Shown piece by piece: positions 51,348 through 62,094 of a stretch of DNA of 64,000 nt (position 1 is the stretch's first letter; each line of letters opens with the position of its first letter). The translations under genes and the position numbers were made by a program. The notes beneath the pieces are model-generated. The model did not search any database. It had not been told where the DNA came from and worked only from the letters and a program-made list of their open reading frames with translations. The DNA comes from Pocillopora damicornis. Taxonomy: Eukaryota. The stretch is from positions 124,001-188,000 of the forward strand of contig NW_020845865.1 of NCBI RefSeq assembly GCF_003704095.1, written 5' to 3'.

Positions 51348-52427
51348 ATGAAGTTTAGGATGTCAGAAAATTTCAGTAACAATTGCTGCAATGTATCTAC
51401 CGTGGAAGATTTTTCCTTGGTCCCTTCAACCTGGCCTTTGGGAGTGGTAGTTTTAACAAGCATTCTCATGATTGTAGTGAACGTTGTAACTCTGGTTGGT
51501 AACTCTTTTATTATCGTGGCAATGGCGAACATCAATTCACTGAAAAGTATGGCGAACAATCAAGCCGTCATTTCGTTAGCGGTCGCTGATCTTTTGGTGG
51601 GTTTACTAGTTATGCCCTGTGCAATCGACGGTTTGTTATCAGGAAAATGGCGATGTGGAGCATTATGGGGAAAACTAAACGCGTTTGGTAACTTTTCTTT
51701 CTGTATTTCTTCTATTATGCACCTAACATTACTGTCGTTCGACCGATATATTGCAGTTACTCGTCCCTTAGCTTACCGTTCGATATTTACCAAAACAAGA
51801 GCTCAATATGGTTGTCTTTTATTGTGGATATATTCAACTCTATGGGCCCTGCCGCCACTTTTCGGTGTAAGTTCTTACGAATGTTTTATTCCTTACATCG
51901 GAAAATGTCTTGAGAAAGATTGGCTCCAGAGCAAAGTTGCGGTCGTTTTCACCGTTGCAGTCGTTTGTGGAACATACGGGGCTGCCGTTTTAGTCATGTG
52001 CTTTGTTTACCTGAAGATTTTTTTGACAATTTTCAAACAGTCGAAGAAAATTTCCGTGACAATGGAACAGGTGCGAAGTAACTTTGATTTAACAACAAGA
52101 ACACGGGCCTCAACTAGGAAGGGAGCCTTAACAGTGCTTATTGTTATTGGAATCTATATGGTTTGTTGGTCACCTTTTTGTGTTCTTCTGTTTGTGCAAA
52201 TGGCCCGTGGAAAATCCACAGGAGGACCAACAGCAGATCTAATAACAATGTTTATCGGCTTTGCAAACAGCGCTTGTAATCCAATCATATATAGCATTCG
52301 ATATAGAGCGTTTCGCCAAACTGTAAAGCGTATATTTTTAAGGAATTATGACTGTTTACAGTATTTCTTCAGCGGACCTGAGCCAATGAATAACAGCACG
52401 CAGGCAATAACGACCAATAAGATTTAA
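51348..52427 (+). CDS. Class A GPCR no. 4 (aminergic/opsin-like scaffold, orphan), intronless CDS, 359 aa; start may be the second Met at 51360
   Basis: GN, LAVAD, DRY, W4.50 with PPLFG, CWSPF, NPIIY, FRQ. N-glycosylation sequons in the N-terminus. Confidence 0.95.
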   Translation: MKFRMSENFSNNCCNVSTVEDFSLVPSTWPLGVVVLTSILMIVVNVVTLVGNSFIIVAMANINSLKSMANNQAVISLAVADLLVGLLVMPCAIDGLLSGKWRCGALWGKLNAFGNFSFCISSIMHLTLLSFDRYIAVTRPLAYRSIFTKTRAQYGCLLLWIYSTLWALPPLFGVSSYECFIPYIGKCLEKDWLQSKVAVVFTVAVVCGTYGAAVLVMCFVYLKIFLTIFKQSKKISVTMEQVRSNFDLTTRTRASTRKGALTVLIVIGIYMVCWSPFCVLLFVQMARGKSTGGPTADLITMFIGFANSACNPIIYSIRYRAFRQTVKRIFLRNYDCLQYFFSGPEPMNNSTQAITTNKI

Positions 52428-54252
52428 ATCACTGTTCAGTGTAAATATTTTTATAGGAATTAGTCAGTCACTTGGTATTGAGAGTCAGCTGTACGCTTCC
52501 TTTTCAGTAGTATCTTTGATTACTCTTAAGATTATTGTTGCGGATCTGAAGAATTCACTGACTGAGTTAGGGACACGCAATCAATCGCAAGTCTACTTTC
52601 AGCCAAGGTAGATCAAAAAAATGATTTTAAGATGGAGTTTCGTGATTTTCTCGATGACATGTTACGGCATGTCGTGGATGGAAATCCAGTAAAAAGTAAG
52701 CAACCCATCAATAAGACCACCGAAAACTACGGATTAACACAATCATTACACAGGAAAAAGACTGGAATTTAAACAATAATTTAAAATGAATTATCAGTCA
52801 GAGCCCAAATAAGTTTTTTGTATTGATGTAATCAAAGTCTAGAAAGGGGTGGCTGTACATGGGTCGACATGAACGCGTTTACAGGCGTCTGAGAGAGACT
52901 GCAGATGAATTATCAAGAGGAGTAAATTCATTTTGTCATATACAATGGGTAATGAGTTACTTGGAATCGATTTTTCTCGAACATTTACAATCATTATATA
53001 AAAAACCAGACGCGTACCAACCGTACCAATATTGCGTGTGGGTGTTAGTTTTATTGAAAAACGTATTATTAGTTACAAAAGTCTAATATAAACCTGGCAT
53101 ACAGTTGAAAACAACTTAATAAACATTTTTCTATAAAACTGTTTTTATATGACTGTCTATAGTAGTTTTGCATGAATGGGTTCGTCACGTTTTTGTGTTC
53201 ACGGTCTACGCACTCAGAGTGGTTTAAATAATTGGTGAATAATACTTTTTCCTTATCCTAACTATTTAATAGTAAGGCAAGATCCAACGCACGTTTCTTT
53301 CGTGTTTCACGCGTGATCATGGGCACGATGCTGATAACATTCCCATCATACATGGCAATGGCCGTGCACCCTAACCCGTGGCAGTGACGGGCTTTCTGCG
53401 TTTAACACCTGTGGTATTCGCGCACTTTCCGCCACTATATAGCTACCACGTATTTCTTAACTGAAGATATAATAGTAATTCGCTTGCGTTCACATTCTTT
53501 CTTGTCAGTGTTCGGACTTGATTGAATTGCATTCAGTTTTAAAACAGTCACATAAAAACGGCTCTACGAATACTAAATACTGAGTGTGACTCGGCTACAA
53601 CTCCAATAGCGACATGTTTTTACTAATTACATAACAATCGTAAGTTTGATACAAACGCATTTGTTCTTTGATGTTATAGAAATACTATATAAATGTTATC
53701 AAGGTCTTTGTTATGGTTGTGCATGACAATAGAAATGAAAAAAATTACAAATTCATAAAATAAGTAATTTTAACAAAAGCTCACTCGTGACTGAGCTGTA
53801 ATGTGGTTCACATCAACTTAACTTAGAAACACTCGCTAATGTTACAACTACATGCAGACGAATTTTTATCATCTAATTATAAGACATAAAAAGGCTTCAT
53901 TATGGTATCTTTGATGCTAAACACAGTCGAAATTTTTCATTTTTAACAGCCTTGTAGGGCCTCGTGATAATGAATTCATTTTTGTATTTTCTCTTGGTTG
54001 TGTTTGCAGTGGCACAGCTGACGAAAAGGAGAATCGAACTTGTTTTGTTTAGTACAAGAGATGATGTGCAAAGTTTAGAGAACTGATTTCTTTGGCTTCA
54101 CAGTTCAATTTAACAACAGAATTATCTTCATCAATTGGCCACTCTATCAGTCAGTCCGCAATAATGCAAGGTAAACGCCCGGAGCACTGAAGAGAGCATG
54201 GCACATTATGGCTTTTTTCAACATATACGTGATAACTTTTTAAGTGTCTACA

Positions 54253-54561
54253 CTAATACATACAATCCTCCTCCAAGTTTGTCGCTAACTGATCGTTCGC
54301 ATTTGGCTCCGACCAAAAGTTCTCACCCGATGAGCTAGTAATATGCAGCGTCATCTTAGCCATCACGTGAGTGATAACAATAGAGACCAGACTCCCATCG
54401 GCTCTTCCCAGATAAAGAGTGACTTCATACGAAGGATACTCGCAATTCCCGTTTTGGCTTTCTCTGAGATTGGGAAGAAATTTTCCTTGATAATCAAATA
54501 CTTTAGTGCGTTCCTCGCGAATGAGCTTTTTAGCAGCCTTTCTTCCGTTCGAGTAGAAAAC
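54253..54561 (-). CDS. IRF: IRF exon 9: second half of IAD and C-terminal tail; full CDS 1785 nt = 594 aa
   Basis: Acceptor cttcttttag|GTT, reads VFYSNGRKAAKKLIREERTKVFDYQGKFLPNL...YPSYEVTLYLG...LVSIVITHVMAKMTLHITSSSGENFWSEPNANDQLATNLEEDCMY*. This frame is absent from the ORF track. Confidence 0.9.
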   Translation of the reverse strand, partial: VFYSNGRKAAKKLIREERTKVFDYQGKFLPNLRESQNGNCEYPSYEVTLYLGRADGSLVSIVITHVMAKMTLHITSSSGENFWSEPNANDQLATNLEEDCMY

Positions 54562-54947
54562 CTAAAAGAAGAAGAAGAGATATTAGTAAACGCCATGAAC
54601 TGATCAAAAACAGAAGACATTTTTATCACGCTTACTATAAGCACTAATATAATAAAGATCAAAGTGATACTTCAGTGAACCTCAGTCGCGGATATGCTAT
54701 ACAGAATCTAATTAGTATATACAGTGCTTGCACTAAAGGCCAGTGATCCTATAATTCCAAGAAGCAGAATGGAGCCAACATTCTAACAAGGGTCCTCTTT
54801 AGTTGTGATGATAAGATGTATGCTCTCCACAGACTCCTAAGGCCGTGCTAACGCCACGAAATTTGTTTATCGAATCCCCACAATACTCATTCTTTTGCTT
54901 CGGGTATCCACAAGTAAAAACGAACAAAACTGAACAAAACTGCTTAC

Positions 54948-55255
54948 CCTTGCGAGGCATAGACGAGTGACAATTATGTCATTGGACTCGTTGATCTCCA
55001 ATATAATACCGCGTTTAATGAAATCCATCACTTTCATAACTTCCCTGGAGTTGTTGTTCACAGCTGGCGGTAGCTCGATCTGTCTAGCAGTAGGAGGTCC
55101 GAACAGCTGACACAGTAAACCCAACTCGAGCTTTCGGGGTTCTACCATGTGACATCCGTGGGATATCCTGATTAACCGTTCACTTTCTGTCTGCTTCGTG
55201 TCGGTGGATAATACTTCATAGTTACCATAGAATACCCGGATGCGCATGGCGGATT
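54948..55255 (-). CDS. IRF: IRF exon 8: first half of the IRF association domain (IAD, SMAD/FHA-like)
   Basis: Acceptor gtatattcag|AA, reads ESAMRIRVFYGNYEV...LFGP...QIELP...MDFIKRGIILE...IIVTRLCLAR (IAD-type FGP/LP/RG/RLC motifs), donor AGG|gtaagc. Confidence 0.9.
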
Positions 55256-55448
55256 CTGAATATACAAATCGAACAATGATTTGAAATTACCAACAGGCAT
55301 ATACCCTTGTAAATTGCTTATAAATGCATTTTAACTAAACTGAGACAGACCTTTTTCCAGATCGCATTGAGATACCGCGATCATTTTGTGCATATTCTCG
55401 AGTTCCGCTGAGTAATATACTCATCTTGTAGTGAGAGACTTCACTTAC

Positions 55449-55527
55449 CACAGCTGTCTCCTGCTTGTTTTCCAGGCCTTGCGAACCCTGACCCTGGATT
55501 CTCATTTGATTGATGGATGTTTGTGAC
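55449..55527 (-). CDS. IRF: IRF exon 7 (79 nt)
   Basis: Acceptor cattttccag|, reads VTNIHQSNENPGSGFARPGKQAGDSC, donor G|gtaagt; phase 0 to 1, which exon 8 requires. Confidence 0.78.
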
Positions 55528-55633
55528 CTGGAAAATGTGACGTAAGACAGATGTGAACTTTTTTGTACTATAAATAAATATCTGTGATGCTCACTCTCAT
55601 CTTCAAAAATCTTCATTTTGACAATTTACATAC

Positions 55634-55674
55634 CGTTCGGCCCATGCTTTCATCCATTTCCAAACCAGTAGCCT
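55634..55674 (-). CDS. IRF: IRF exon 6 (41-nt microexon)
   Basis: Acceptor tttttttgcag|AG, reads EATGLEMDESMGRT, donor ACG|gtatgt; phase 1 to 0. Confidence 0.7.
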
Positions 55675-56346
55675 CTGCAAAAAAAATTGTGTAGATGATC
55701 AACTTCAATTTTTTGTGCAGTGCAAGTTCACAGTTCTACTTCATCTACACGTCTGGGTGGGCTTATTATTTCTTAAATAATATAACAATAGGAGAAGTTG
55801 AACTCCAGGATAAATGATAAATTATTAATTATCAAATGCATTTCGTTTTAGCAGGCAGACCAACGAAATGGTTCTTAGTCCTCTGTTCCTTTTTCAAATT
55901 AAAATCAGTTGAATTGTTTGGTTTTGGAAAGGAAGTCCGGAAAGCCCAAGTGAAAGATGCTGAGACACTCCACCCACAGTTGGTACCATGGTCGGAAAAG
56001 ACCCCAGTCCACAGCAATATAAAAGGGGGAGCGGGGGAGTGGGGAGAAACTCATCTCATTATCACCACTGCATCATTTACGCGACGCTTTCCAATGTAAC
56101 GGTTAATATGTGTTGGTATTAGCTGTTTCAGGAGCCGAAGCATTTTCTCAAAAGTATCTTATTATTTTTGCGGTAATACCACTGGCGAAGCTTACAAGCA
56201 GGCGCTCCTTATAAGAGCTGCAGTATTCGACTTTTTCCGCTGCGGGAAGATTTGAAACGAGTCGAAGAGAGGTTTGCTAGGGGTCTGGCACTAAAAATGC
56301 CTCATTACCAGAGCTACACTGATACGGGCGAGGAAACGTTTGTGTC

Positions 56347-56403
56347 GAGGCACTGATAACGAGGGCATACTCGTGCTGAGGCACTGGTAACGAGGGCATA
56401 CTC
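56347..56403 (+). repeat. Recent tandem duplication, period 31 bp, in IRF intron 5
   Basis: gaggcactg(a/g)taacgagggcatactc occurs twice, 25/26 identical. Confidence 0.9.
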
Positions 56404-56453
56404 ACAAGCTACTTCAGGCCTTTTACTTGTGGTATTTTTTATAATAATCTTAC

Positions 56454-56511
56454 CTATTAATCCATTATCCATGTTGAAGTGAGTGCTGACAGAAGATGAT
56501 CCATTAGAGGA
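56454..56511 (-). CDS. IRF: IRF exon 5 (58 nt)
   Basis: Acceptor ttttgtttctag|, reads SSNGSSSVSTHFNMDNGLI, donor G|gtaaga; phase 0 to 1. Confidence 0.72.
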
Positions 56512-56728
56512 CTAGAAACAAAAGTGTTAACATCAGGAACGACAGGTAAGATTGAGGAAACAAGTTAGTGCCTCCAATAAATGCAAAATACGTTCACTCT
56601 GTCACTTAGTCTGCTAAAATGAATACAGACCGAAAAAAAGTAGTTACACCAAATGTACCCTTCTAAGAAATCCACAGTTTTAATTCATGTGCCCTTTTAA
56701 AGAGTTCTTCAAAACACACTGTTCATAC

Positions 56729-57073
56729 CTCGTTCGGTGAGAATGCACCTTGACGCCAAAGTTTCATAAGAGCTGGGTTGGTTGCCATGAGATGCTGTAG
56801 AAATGCTTGTCCGCTTTCGCTTAATCCATTGAACATTTGGCCATTGGCTACGAGAGTGGCCTCTAAAATATCCTTCCTGACGTTTGTGAAATCCAAACTC
56901 TCCAATCTAGGAGGGAGTTGCGTAGGTCTGATAAAGTTATCACTTGCAGAATCCCCACCAAAAAGAAGATGGCTGTTGGAATAAGAGAACTGATATGGAT
57001 TTGGTAGATTTCCACATATTGGTTCGTCGGTGAGCATGGGTTCGTAGCCTTGGCTCGGATATGGCGGAATTGT
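56729..57073 (-). CDS. IRF: IRF exon 4 (linker)
   Basis: Acceptor cattttacag|ACA, reads TIPPYPSQGYEPMLTD...FSPNE, donor GAG|gtatga; 345 nt, phase 0-0. Confidence 0.82.
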
Positions 57074-57533
57074 CTGTAAAATGCATTAAATGAGGTCAAA
57101 TATCTGTTGCGTTCTTCACATGCTAAAAAGCATGATAATCGTAAGTTTCGGGGCGGGCGAGGAAAACTGGTTCGAGAGAGAGTAACTTCCCAAAGGAAAA
57201 ATAAATAATCACTGCGTAAGGAAGTTGCTTTTGGGGCTGTTCTCGTATCACCGAACCTTTTTTTTTTTTTTTTCAGAAGTGCAAAGGCAGAAGAGAGAAA
57301 GTAAAAAGCTGTCTAAAACACACGTGAATTATCGTTAAGAGGGTCTTAATACTCAACACTTTGAAAGGTTTAAGCTTGTAATAAACCCTCTTTCAAAAAC
57401 AGTCCAAAAACACGCCGTAACGATGAACGCTGTCACTCTTAATTTAGAGCAGGGAAAGGAGCGGGAGTCTCCCCACTTTTACTCTGTTTAATACCTGAGT
57501 CCTTAGAAAATCAAACCGAACATTAATCCTCAC

Positions 57534-57710
57534 CGGAGTGATACTGTCTAAATCGTCCTCAGGTGAGCTGTCACTGCTATTGTGTGGAGAGTCTTGAAGC
57601 CGGCCACAATTCAGCGGTCCAGACAAAATTGGATAGTTGTTAAAGAACACATTTTCCGCTTTTGCTGACGGAGCTGTACTACGTATCACTGAGTCGCCCT
57701 TTACACGGCA
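57534..57710 (-). CDS. IRF: IRF exon 3 (Ser/Pro/acidic linker)
   Basis: Acceptor tctctctag|TGC, reads CRVKGDSVIRST...DSITP, donor CCG|gtgagg; phase 0-0. In-frame alternative donor at 57495. Confidence 0.78.
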
Positions 57711-57779
57711 CTAGAGAGATCAAACAAATCGAAAAACTTGGTCTTTTTCACCACCTCACGCCCTTAATTAATTAACGAA

Positions 57780-58060
57780 ATGAATTTCATCTTTCGTTTC
57801 TATTTTCGACGACCGAGCTAAAAATTTACCATCGTTCTCACTCTTATTATTCGCACAACAGTTTAATTGCGACATCGCTGATCTTCCCACCATGCAAGAA
57901 ACTCATCACATATGTACCCAATGGAGGCCTAGCGAGTTATCAGTGCTCAGAGGCATGCAGAGCATCAGGCTGCGAAAACCAAATGTCTGAGGTTTTATTC
58001 TTTGTGAGAGACCCAGACTTTTTCTTTTCCCGCCTTAGACAAAATGAATTACATATTTCT
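57780..58060 (+). mobile_element. Degenerate SINE-related repeat in IRF intron 2
   Basis: catctttc...accgagctaaaaatttaccatc and ggcctagcgagt...agagcatc...gaggttttattc resemble parts of the 58465 element. Confidence 0.45.
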
Positions 58061-58093
58061 TAAAAGAAAAAATAAAGCATGTTAAACCTTTAC

Positions 58094-58215
58094 CGGAGAA
58101 ACCACATCCGAACGAGGGACAAAACGATGCACTGTCCTTACCATTGGGCGTTTGCCATTTTGATTTTCCTCCGACCTCAGTGAACCGAAGTTTTGTGGTT
58201 TTTGCGAGCAATCAT
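58094..58215 (-). CDS. IRF: IRF exon 2 (linker)
   Basis: Acceptor gtgttcttcag|AT (phase 1), reads DDCSQKPQNF...VVSP, donor CCG|gtaaag (phase 0). Confidence 0.78.
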
Positions 58216-58464
58216 CTGAAGAACACAAGTAGAAATAATCACTGTTAAAAAAAAAACTCTTGGAGTAAATCATAGCCTTGCATGGGGATACCTAACTGGT
58301 AGATGATAACTGAGCTTGTGTTTTACGTGAAAGAAATGCGTGATCATATCCTTCGACCTTTCCAACTTCCTCCCAAAACACCTTGGACAATCTTCCAACA
58401 AATCCTTTTAGCAGTATGCACATTCTTGGCAGGAGGTTTGTCACCATGGACCTAACTAAACAAA

Positions 58465-58648
58465 CTAGCCTACCACGAGTCTCCTCAAGCGCAGTGGTAG
58501 GGCATCCGAAGTACTAATCGAAAGATCGTAGGTTTGACTCCCACTGGGAGCACTCGAGTTTTTTTTCCCAGCATGCCTGTGCCATTCACTGAATAACATC
58601 ATCTTTCACTTAAATCACCACACTTGCGAGTTATCATCATCATTTATA
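58465..58648 (+). mobile_element. tRNA-derived SINE in IRF intron 1
   Basis: A-box-like agcgcagtggtag (58488), B-box-like ggtttgactcc (58531), stem ctccca/tgggag; second copy at 33525. Confidence 0.72.
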
Positions 58649-60320
58649 TGATTGCGCAAAGAGATTTATGATTCCTATTCAAGATCGATAGTAAGAAAGA
58701 TACTTTAAGCAACATTTTTATTTAATTTATTGATATTTGAGGATCTTGAATATTCAGTTCTCTCGGCAAATTTTTTTCTCAGTAGGTCTTTCTTTGGGGA
58801 GTGAACTCGTGGAGGATTCTAAACTTAATTCACCTAAATTATGCAATACCTTTTTGGCAGAAAAATTAACTACATGCTTTTGAGTTTCTGTGAGGTATGT
58901 CGTCCAACTATCGAACCGCCCGGCCCCTTGCAGACTTCCCTTTTAGATTTCATGAATAGTTGGCACAGAAATGGGTGAGCACAATATTTTGTTTGTTTTC
59001 CTATTCAAATTACACAATAGTGATACCCGATGAAACTGATAACGACCTCACTTAATTACAACTTCCTTCCACCCACGTGGTAGTCTTAGTCTGGCTGGTT
59101 ACCTAAGGAAGTCTTATCGTCTGAAAACAATAAAAAAGTTGAACCCACGATTTTATTTCCGGGGCAATGAAGTCTGAAAATTTAGCAAAGCAAAGTTTAA
59201 ATTAAAAAAGAATCGAACCATTTGTGTGTGTACAGGAAAAAAACGCTACCTAAGATTTTAATTGCATATTAGCTATAAAGGTATAAGTTGCCGATGAATG
59301 TTTTTTTAAGGCCTCTGGCACAGTCATTGTTTGATAGTAATCGCCAGCCAGCTTGACAACATCAGGGAGTGTCCGGGTGCGGTACATGATTTGTCCCTTG
59401 CAGTGAACTTTCGATTTACCCTGAATTACAAAATTAAGATGTAGTTTTTCTATAAAAAGAACAGACAAGAAGAGAACGAGAAAACGGAAAAAAGAAAATC
59501 TCTCTGACTAAATATTTGATCGCAGAGGATTTTGGGCCTAAATTCAGTTAACACTGTGGTTTTCGTTCGAGCCGGATATTTGTCTTCTACTAAGTTATGT
59601 TGACAACGTCATTTTTAACTGATATTTTCATTATCTCTTTGGGAAGGTTCGCTTTAGAATTAATGGCTCGGACGCGATTTTGATGTCTTAACAACGATAT
59701 ATTCCAAATGATCTTATCTATCTCTTTGCCTTCTATACTAATTAGAATGTGATTCCATCTGAATGTTCTTCCAAAGCACTGTGACAAATGGATGGCATGG
59801 AATCAAAGATCTCATTCGAAGCATGAAAAAAAAACTTTAGTACTGTCTTGCGTCAACATGAAGAAACAGTTTCGAAAGCGATAAGTCCGTCCGCCTAAAC
59901 GTTCAAAATAAAATCATCCATGCGTCTTAGAAATTCATAGAAGGTTCGAACTTTGTATATTTTCAAATTCTTTTAGGCAAGTCTGACTTTGCTCCAGTTT
60001 CGTTTCAGTGGTTCAAACGTGGTTCGAAACAATCGATATTTCAGGGCAAAGAGAATACAAAGTCACGGAAACTCAGTACTCAAAATTATGAAAAAGTAAA
60101 ATTTCTCGTTATTACCATGTCGAAAATCGACAACATTAAGCGATAAGCAGACCTTCGATGGCGGCCAAAACGGTGTTTTTCTTGAAGTTTGTCTTTGTTT
60201 ACCGTAGCTAATTAACAAGGCCCCAAACACCAGAATTAACTTGTTTTTAAATTATTGTTTTAAAAAAAATAGGGAAATTTTCTTTAGCTGTTATGATGAT
60301 AACTCGCTCGCAACTAATCC

Positions 60321-60330
60321 GGGAATCCCC
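60321..60330. promoter_or_regulatory. kappaB site GGGAATCCCC (GGGGATTCCC on the gene strand) in IRF intron 1
   Basis: Exact match to GGGRNWYYCC. Confidence 0.5.
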
Positions 60331-61142
60331 AAATTTTATAATTCGTAGGCAATCCTTCCAGCGAAGTTCGTTTATTGCATTTTACACTCCATTTGATGGA
60401 AAAGCAAGTTATTCCTGTACTTATGGCTCGATTTTAACTAAATACCCCATGGCTGATATCAATTTTTTTTCGTTTTCTAGCACTTAAACACCGCGACAAG
60501 ATGACGTAAACTTCCTTAAAGATTGATTGACAATGTATTGTGCACGTTGATAAAAACTGTTTTGTTTGGTAAATCCTTGGTACTTCGATATCAAAATTTC
60601 GGCGAATAAATTTGACTGATAAACCTAACCTAATATTTCTAGTGATCGACACAAAACTACTTCAAAAGTCTACCCTCATTTTTTGTTCTCAATTTTTTCT
60701 TTAATTGTCCATCGTTGTTTCCCATGATTAGAATATAACACTCAGTATAAAAAATTTGAATGTCAGAGTGCCGTTCAGGCAAGATTAATAGCCCTCGTTG
60801 CTCGTAAGAAAAAAAGATCACTGACCAGGCGCTGATTAAACACTAAGCAAGTTTTTTGGCTTCTTGTTGAGTAAAATTAAGGAAAGCGGCTGGTTTCTGT
60901 TTTTTTTACTACAGCTTGGGTACAGGTCACACTAGTTTGCACACAGGCTAAAGAGTTTAAATGTCGGAAGATATCAGTGCTGTATTTGAACGGGCTACAA
61001 TTGTTATTCGCCGGTGTACATAACCTTGATAGTCATGGGTTATTTCTGCACTGACCGCGTGATTCCGAAAAACCTTCGTGAGCAAATATGATTTAGGATT
61101 ACGTTTTTCCTAAACTCGACTCGCGCCGTTCTTTTTCCTTAC

Positions 61143-61488
61143 CTTTATCCTTGAAACGGAAAACTCGGTAAGGTTCCTTTTCGTCCAAACTATGGGGAAC
61201 TTTTACTTCTTCGACGTCCGGCATTTTGTGCAAGGCGCATCGGAACCTTGTTTTCCACGTCGAGGGATCGGCAGATTCACCGGGGCGATATTTACCAGTA
61301 TGCTCGGCCCAAAGCTTAAATAACATGGCATCTTTCTCCACAACAAAATCAGGTTTGCCAGCGTGTTTCCACGAGACTCGAAATTCTTTCTTTTCTTTAT
61401 TACGCCAACACAGTCCCGGCACTTTTCCACTGTTTATTTTATCCTCTAACCAGGGTCTCAGCCGCTGTCGCTCCGTGGACGATGTCAT
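61143..61488 (-). CDS. IRF: Interferon regulatory factor, exon 1: IRF DNA-binding domain
   Basis: Five-tryptophan repeat (RLRPW, GLCW, SWKHA, FKLWA, TWKTRFRCAL); donor AAA G|gtaagg, phase 1. Confidence 0.97.
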
Positions 61489-61607
61489 GTCGCCGCCTTC
61501 AGTATCAGCACCGCTTTTCTTGAATCTACTTGCGAGGGAAATTCAAGTTAAATCAGTTCTGGATTTACAACAGCACTATCTTCGGGAATAGGCAAAGGGA
61601 TGAGTTC

Positions 61608-61617
61608 TTTCGGTTTC
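61608..61617 (-). promoter_or_regulatory. ISRE/IRF-E motif GAAACCGAAA, 120 nt upstream of the IRF ATG
   Basis: + strand tttcggtttc matches GAAANNGAAA. Function is inferred. Confidence 0.55.
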
Positions 61618-62094
61618 TGACATCCATGCGTTAAACGTAAAAGTGTTCGCCAGCCAAACCCAATTAGTAATGTTGCCTTTTTTAACCCTAGAGCTTCTGT
61701 TATTGAAGGGTTTTTCCCGGTAAATTAATTCCATATGCTCTTATTGGTCAACCCACTCAAGCGTGAGACTTCCGTTCCCTCAAATAAACACGTGTTGCGT
61801 CTATGCTAATATCGTACCAGTTCATTTTACCAAAAAAACAAACCCCTCGGGCATGAAGGCGGAAATGGTCTTAGAGAATATATCAGTTAAATTTGTACAG
61901 CTATGATACTAAATAGAGACACAGTAAAGAAAGGCTGAATAGAAACATAAGAAGGAAAACGTACTTTCAAAATTTTGAATTCTGTGTGTCACGCAACACA
62001 TACTTCCTCGATCACCCAATGTGGAAATATGGAAATTGTGTTTCATCAAAACCTGTCTAATTACATAGTGCATACATCTTAAAAATTATAAGTT

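Noticed and set aside
2685-52427. Any of the four GPCRs being an opsin
   Set aside because: Position 7.43 is Phe, Phe, His and Phe; the Lys in receptors 1 and 2 is at 7.39, not the retinal-binding site.
2685-52427. Specific gene symbols such as HRH2 or ADRB for the GPCRs
   Set aside because: None has Asp3.32, and orthology cannot be judged without a phylogeny.
54363-54662. ORF-track proteins overlapping real exons in other frames or strands (e.g. 54363-54662, 55335-55616, 15780-16142, 37762-38214, 61226-61591)
   Set aside because: They are shadows of exons whose correct frame is fixed by splice phase and domain motifs.
57785-57807. Tandem TTTC (ISRE-like) array in IRF intron 2
   Set aside because: It lies in the pyrimidine-rich part of a SINE-like repeat and the spacing is irregular.
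58485-58560. Functional tRNA gene
   Set aside because: The B-box is degenerate (GTTTGA), there is no clean cloverleaf, and diverged copies with a shared tail occur elsewhere, so it is a SINE.
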